This document shows positions 56,761 to 64,000 of a DNA stretch of 64,000 nt, in pieces; the stretch's first letter is position 1, and each line of letters starts with the position of its first letter. The stretch is taken from the NCBI RefSeq assembly GCF_009914755.1, contig NC_060936.1; one strand, written 5' to 3'. This DNA is from the human T2T-CHM13v2.0 reference genome, Homo sapiens. A model generated the notes under the pieces. The model was given only the letters and a program-made list of their open reading frames with translations, made no database searches and had not been told where the DNA came from. The position numbers and the translations under genes are program-made.

Positions 56761-57956
56761 CTAATGTAGTTTTGAAGGGTCTTCTCCTGCAGAGAAACAT
56801 AACTGATAAAAGAACTCTTAAACCAAGAGTGTGGGAAATATGTACAACCTTGTTGTGTCAGGAATTCAGGAGCCGAAAGAAAAAATAGATGGGGAATGGC
56901 AAAGGTTTGTCCTGTGAGGTCGATAATTAAGGCTAGAAGAAATCCTTTGGAAAGATCTGGGGGTGGCAGATAACATCATCTCAAATTTCCTCATGTTGCA
57001 ACTAAATAAGAAAGTTCCTATTTCAACTATCTTAGAGTTGTATAGGAATGTATACAAATAATTGATATTTCCCTTCAGTATATAATGAGACGAGTAATAA
57101 TAATTTCTATGAGATATTTCTCCTAATTACAAATTTGTATATTAAAGTTATAATGCGCACTTAGAAATGAACCAATACAAAAATGGGAAATACCACAGTG
57201 TATCATAAACACTCAAGTAACCATGATGCAGGGCAAGACAAGGAACACCGAAAACAGCCTAGGTCCACCTCCATGCCACTTTACAAGCCCCTAAACCCTT
57301 CTTCGCATCTCCTGAGATTAGCAATATCCATAATTTATGATGATTATTTCCTCAATTTTCTTTATACTTTACCAACTAGGTATGCAACCCTAAACTCCGT
57401 AGCTTGGTCTGGCCTGCTTTGAACTGTGTGTAGGTGCATCCTACATGTTCTTCTTGTTTGTGGCTTCTTGGACCCAACATTACGCTTCTGAAATTTAGTC
57501 ACATAGTTGCAAGTACATGTGATTTTTTTCACTTTTCTATAATGTTCCATTGCACGGAATTACTGTAATGATTCATCCAACCTTAATATGTATTTGGCCA
57601 GCTTCTTTTTTGAACAGTTATGAATAATTCTACTAGAACATTCTTTCATATATCATTTGATACAATTCCTTTGCATATATACCTATGAGTGGAATTACAT
57701 TAACATTGTTCAAAATCTCCTCATAGACATAGAAAAGTTCAAGAAATAATTTAACTAAACTTACTCCTGTCACCTTTACCTCCATTCTCTTTTTTGCCAT
57801 TTGCATATGTCTTATCAATTATATAATTACCCCAACAAGATATTATTATTTTTTGCAGTAAACATTCATTTAGAATTATGCACATATTTACCACTTTCAT
57901 TAATTTGTATTCCTTCTTGCATATTCAACTTAATATTTTCAAAAAGACCCTTTATT

Positions 57957-58245
57957 GGCCAGGCAGGGTAGCTCACACCCATAATCCCAACATTTTGTAA
58001 GGCTGGGGCAGGAGCACCCAGGAGTTCAAGACCAGCCTGTGCAACACAGTAAAACTGCCTCTACAATGAATGAAAAAGTTAGTCAGGCATAGTGAAGCTA
58101 CTCACAAGGCTGAGGTGGGAGGATGGTTTGAGCCCAGGAGTTCCAGACTGCAGTAAGCCATGATCCTACCACTGAACTCCAGCCTGGATAACAGAGTGAG
58201 ACTCCAACTCTACCAACAAAAATAATAATAATAATATTAATAATA
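57957..58245 (+). mobile_element. AluJ-like
   Basis: Diverged dimeric Alu with (AAT)n tail. Confidence 0.88.
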
Positions 58246-59209
58246 ATTTTTCTTCTATCTGAAAAGATGTATTTTAAGTTTCTGTTTATCAAGATCTATT
58301 CTACTTTTGAAATACACTGAAGACATGAATCCATTGAACTCTAGCTTTATTTTTGTCTGTTGAAAATCAGCTTGTCGTTTAGACAGTTATTCCCTTTAAC
58401 ATAATCTATCTTTTCCTCTAGTTACTTTTCAGGTTTTCTATTGGTCTTTGATGTCCTGTCATTTTATGTTAATTTGGTTTTAGTTATCGTGTCTGAAGTC
58501 TGATAGTTTCTAAAAATATATGAACTGATATACTTTATCACTTTTGGAAAAATCTCCACATTGCTTCTGCCCCATTTGCTCTCTTCTAATTTTCGGGAAC
58601 TGCAGAAGTATGTTAGTTGTTCTGATTGTAGCTTCACTGTCTCTGACCCTCTAGCCTTATATTTTCTATCTATTCGTCTCTTTATCTTCATTCTGGGTAG
58701 TTATCTTCAAATTCACTAATTCTTTCTTATGTTTAACTGGTTTTTAACTCTATTGGATTCTCAAAATTGATTACTCTTTTTGTTTTTGTCTTATTGTTTT
58801 AGAAGTAGAAATGAACTTTTGTTCTCCTTATATAAATCATTTTTCTAACGGAGAAACTAAACCAGGTATTCCTAAAACCAAGTTATTAAAAAAAGAGTTT
58901 TTTTAAACTTTTAGTATACCTGACATGAAAATGGTAACCATATTTTTCTTTTTGTAATACTTTGGTCAAAGAAGAGAATAAAAGCAAGATCTAGGCATTC
59001 TCCTGCAACTTAGAAGAAACTGGAAATTGATTTGATGTCAGTAGCTTTTTTTGGATAGTATCTTATCTGTTGCTGGGTCATCACCACAAACTCTTTTCAC
59101 AGGCAAATTCAATGAGCAGCACTGGATCTCAAAATGTCATTAAAATTAATTAAATAGAGCATCTCAACCACAGCTCCACCACTCTATTCCATGATTTAAA
59201 TTTTACGCT

Positions 59210-59516
<307 letters not shown>

Positions 59517-59540
59517 TATGCTGTTTTAATTAGCAGAAAT

Positions 59541-59725
59541 CAAAACTTCTTAGTTTATAACAATCATTGAAAGATCAAATAGTAAAACAGTACTTACGAG
59601 TTTATCAAAAAATGAAGGACATCTGACATAAGTAGACTTTAAGTCCCATGGAAACAAAACTGAATCTGGTGCTTCTATGGAATTCCACCATTTAATCCTA
59701 TCCATGAATATAGTTTTGGTTATAG
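59541..59725 (-). pseudogene. Captured fragment of IREB2 (IRP2): one exon-sized coding segment plus splice donor and intron-like flank
   Basis: [30 protein letters not shown] vs recalled IRP2 [30 protein letters not shown] (28/30), immediately followed by GTAAGT; absent at paralogous sites ~24365 and ~32912. Confidence 0.85.
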
Positions 59726-61081
59726 AACTACAACCTTCTAACTCCATCATCACTCACTCAAGTGTGACAGAAGATCTGGGGTCTTACCTCTGTTTGACAG
59801 TTTGGTCCTAAAATCCGCTCTTTAGAAATAAAAGCGTGCTCAAAAAATGTGTTATTCGCTTTATCTTTCTTATTAAGGAATTTTATTTACACGAAAATCT
59901 AAATTGTTTCTATCATGATCATAGTGAAAGGAGGATTCATTGAAGGTCATCCATAAATAATTATTTGCATAAGCAATGTATTGTAAAATAAACTACACTT
60001 AATTTCTAAATCTAAATGTATTGGAGCTTGACTTGAACTTTGCTGTTTACTATTGTAACTTTCCCACAATGATGATCTTTTTAAAATTACTTATTTTCCA
60101 AATTATGTATTTAAATATTTCAAAAACAAACCACTTCATGATATAGATGAAGATATAGACGATGATGATAATGATGATGGCAGGTGAAAGGGAGAATGCT
60201 ATTTGATCAATGTGATTTCAGGCTTGTTTCTAAGTACTGGAGCTCAGCGTGATGAGAGAACACTACTATTCTTCCTCATGGCCTCATGATTCTTCTATGA
60301 TTCTCAGCATTAGGCCTAGACAAGTACCCTCACATGGTATTTCATCAAGAATAATGTAAAACCAACATATTTTCAACGATTTATTTGCTTTTTTTTCTTT
60401 TACTACATTTTAAAATTCGATAAGAAACACGACCTCCAACAATTAGGATTCTATTTTGGGATTTTTTTTGGCATTTTTGAATACAAACATGGACAAATAG
60501 TCTATGCAATAATACAGTATATCAACTTTAGTTTATCTTTTAATAGCATCATTAGCAAGCCAAATTCTTGCAAATGCTTTTTCCCCTTCTTAGCTATGGT
60601 GACTAAATCTGGATCATTTTACTATAGCAGTCAAAGTAGAATTATATATGCACAAACATACTCAAAGATCATGCTAAATATGTTTTATACCTTAAAAAAT
60701 TTGCCTTTCTATGGTATTTTTCTCTAATGTAGAGCCAAAAAATTTATAGTAACAAAATATTTAACCCAACTTACAGGTGTACATGTGAATAGTATTGTGA
60801 AATTAAAATGCTAAAAATATGAGTATAAATATTTCATTTAGAGACACATTTTTGGATATATTTATTTAATTTAATATCCATCGTAGTATAATTTATTGGA
60901 AATTCATGAATTTCTAACACTTTCAAATGTGTATCATAAATAATCAAATTGGAAATAAAAAGTGTCTATCAATAATAAATATTCAAATTTTGATGTTTCA
61001 AATTCATATTAGCATTAAGAAGGTGGATTTACAGTTCTTGCTTATCTCTCCTTTTTTAAAATTAATTTAAGAAAAGTTTTA

Positions 61082-61375
<294 letters not shown>

Positions 61376-62337
61376 AAGAAAAGTTTTAAATTTTAATTTG
61401 GATTTCTTAGTACCATAATGCTCTATTCTCCTTTATTCAGCAAAAACTCTAATTACAATGGTATCTATGAGAATATGCTGTATCACCCTAATTTTATACT
61501 TAGAAATATACTTTATGTTTCTGCTTTTTTAACATTTTTTATTGTGGAGCATAACATACACATAGAGAGTAATAACACAACAGAAACAGAAAGAGAAAAA
61601 ATTGTAACGTTAACATGGATGTTACCACACATTGGCAAGAAAAAAGAATTTGCCAGCCATCCAGATAATCCCAATATATGTCTTCTTGCTGACATTTTCC
61701 TCCTTCTTGACTATCCCAGTTGTTATGATGATCACTCATATGTTTCACTACAGAGTTTTATCACCAATGTAATAAATTACAATTATTAAAAAGAATGTTT
61801 TTCAAACTTTATGTAAATGAGATTATACTAAATGTATTTTTCCATCTTGATAATTCTTCTCATATCTGTATTATTATTTATGTAGCTCAAATTTGTTCAT
61901 TTTCTCTGTTGTATTATTCTGTTGTAAACATGTCAGTCTTGTTTGTTAATTTTGATCACTGTATAGTATTCCATTGTATAAGTATGCCACAATTTGTTTA
62001 TTCATTTGGAGGACTGATAGACATTTGGAGGACTTCTCAACTTTAGCTATTGAAACTCAGTGATATGCATGTGAATGTATATGTATTCTGATAAGAGTAT
62101 AAATGCTGGGTCTTAGGATGTGATCCTTCATCTTAATCAGATAATGCCATACTCGGCCGAAATGATGTCACAGATTTATAATTCTAGGAGTGGTGTATGA
62201 AAATTCCCATTGTGTCATATCCTTTCCAAAATAAGTAATGTCAATTTCAAATACTCTTTTGTTATAAGCAAGTGTACTTATACTGGAGATACTTCCTTTA
62301 ATCAATCATTATGTCAAATGACTTTGAAAAAATATAA

Positions 62338-62514
62338 TTAGTTAACAGCATACTGTAAGGGATATTTCAGGATTGTTGAACAACTCTTAAAAGGACTCAA
62401 AGAAAAAAATATTGAAATATAAAAATAGTCTACAAGCTTAATGTAGGTGTCCATGGGAAAATATAAATATATTATTGTTGTTATTGAAAAAATGATTGGT
62501 AGTAAACTTATCAT
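62338..62514 (-). pseudogene. Truncated TAS2R stub 3, open as a 58-aa chimeric small ORF
   Basis: MISLLPIIFSITTIIYLYF (TAS2R N-terminus-like) continuing into flank to TAA; TAS2R-type 5' flank 62515-63400. Confidence 0.75.
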
Positions 62515-63716
62515 GTCTGAATTTTTTTAAAGGCAGGCCTGATATCCTGACGAGATTCCCTTTACCTGACTTTTACTTCTATTCCTGATTCCTAAGTGTG
62601 CAGTAATGTTGTTTTTCCTTTTAAATTCTGTGACCAATGTCAAACAGGAAAGCATCTCAATAGGCCAACGGATGTAATCAATGCTCTCTTTATGGAAAAT
62701 ATGATAATTTCCAAAACAGCTCAAATTAACTCTTGTTCAAACACAATGTCCTTGCTGTAAGATAAAATTTTCCACATCGTTGTTGAAGTAAAACCTGAAT
62801 TCTCATCTACTAGCATGCCAATGAAGAGTTTTTTAAATGTTCTGCAATTTTTTCCTTGTTTAAACTCTCCATAATTTGTGTTCAGCAATTTAACAACCCA
62901 ATACACAGATGACACATTGGTTTTATTACCTGGTAAAGGGAGCTTGGGCATAACTAGGATCATCAACAAAGTAGATTTATATTTTCAACGCCAGTAATAT
63001 GTAGAATGAATCCCATCTTTTCCTACCAAAAGCATTTAAGGTTTTCTTGGGAACCTCAGAAAGGCCAATAATCCTTAAATCCTGGTGGCTACTAATACTT
63101 TTGTATAACTTATTGTTTACAAGCTCATTCATACAAACACATTCACAAACATACACACATACATACATACTCACCCCCTCATGGATAGAAGGAATTTCTG
63201 TCCTCTAATTTCCAAAATGGAAAATTAATTACAGGGACATCATCCAGGTAGAAATAGCCCTGCTTTTCCACTTGGGCTTTTCAGACCATTTTCAATATTT
63301 ATCAAACTTATCGCTCATGCTGAGGCCTTTGACTAAGTTTTTCTCTAGAGCCCAGTTAATACTTAAATATTTATTGTTTAATTAAAATACTCAGCAATTG
63401 TGTAACTATTTTGGGTGACTTGAAAAACACATGTTTCTCACTGAAGAGTCTAGAGTTCTTTGTATATGAATATTTGGTTTCATTTTTCTCCGTTTAATTT
63501 ATTTTTGATTACTTAAAGGATTAAGAGGAATAGATGTTAAAATCAGTCTCCAATCTTGGATTTTATTTCTTTTCCATTTAAAAAGTATAATTGTTTCTAA
63601 GAGAGGATTTTGGAGTCAAACTGCCAAGACAGGAAACCAGATTTTCTGCTTCACATAGCTATGCTCTGAGACTTCATCTTATAACTACTCTGTGCCTCAG
63701 TATAATCATCTGTTCA

Positions 63717-64000
63717 TGATGAGTTCATGTCCTTTGCAGGGACATGGATGAAGCTGGAAATCAGCATTCTCAGCAAACTAACACAGGAACAGAAAACCAA
63801 ACACCACATGTTATCACTCATAAGTGGGAATTGAACAGTGAGAACACACAGACACAGGGAGGGGAACATCACACACCTGGGCCTTTTGGAGGGTGGGGAG
63901 CTAGGGATAGCATTAGGAGAAATACCTAATGTAGATGACGGGTTGATGGGTGCAGCAAACCACCATGGCACATGTATACCTATGTAACAACCCTGCGTGT
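63717..64000 (+). mobile_element. 5'-truncated L1PA (PA6/7-like) 3' end, running off the window
   Basis: gatgagttcatgtcctttgcagggacatggatgaagctggaa...aatgtagatgacgggttgatgggtgcagcaaaccaccatggcac. Confidence 0.95.

Overview
AT-rich primate (almost certainly human, chr12p13.2) genomic DNA containing part of the bitter taste receptor cluster. Four intact single-exon genes lie on the minus strand: TAS2R50 (8980-9879), TAS2R20 (19967-20896), TAS2R19 (44692-45591) and TAS2R31 (53737-54666). The window is about five diverged tandem copies of one ancestral unit: L2/L1 remnants, a decayed ERVL gag-pro-pol with its LTR, a TAS2R, a 5' flank with an MLT1 LTR, a truncated TAS2R stub, MIR and AluJ. Deletions and copy-specific insertions remodelled the copies. 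I found no demonstrably new biological system. The most notable unannotated-looking signals are: (1) a captured unspliced IREB2 exon+intron fragment at ~59.5-59.7 kb; (2) a sense LTR12/ERV9 solo LTR 39 bp upstream of the TAS2R31 ATG; (3) a splice-acceptor-like site 2 nt before the TAS2R ATGs, lost in TAS2R19; (4) a recurrent POU octamer ~320 bp upstream; (5) four orphan TAS2R 5'-flank + N-terminus stubs, one forming an open 58-aa ORF; (6) intact in-frame tails after the W300stop of TAS2R50 and TAS2R19; (7) a TSD-flanked polyadenylated retrocopy; (8) an Alu-Alu recombination chimera. Gene and allele names and repeat subfamilies come from recall, not searches; repeat boundaries are approximate.
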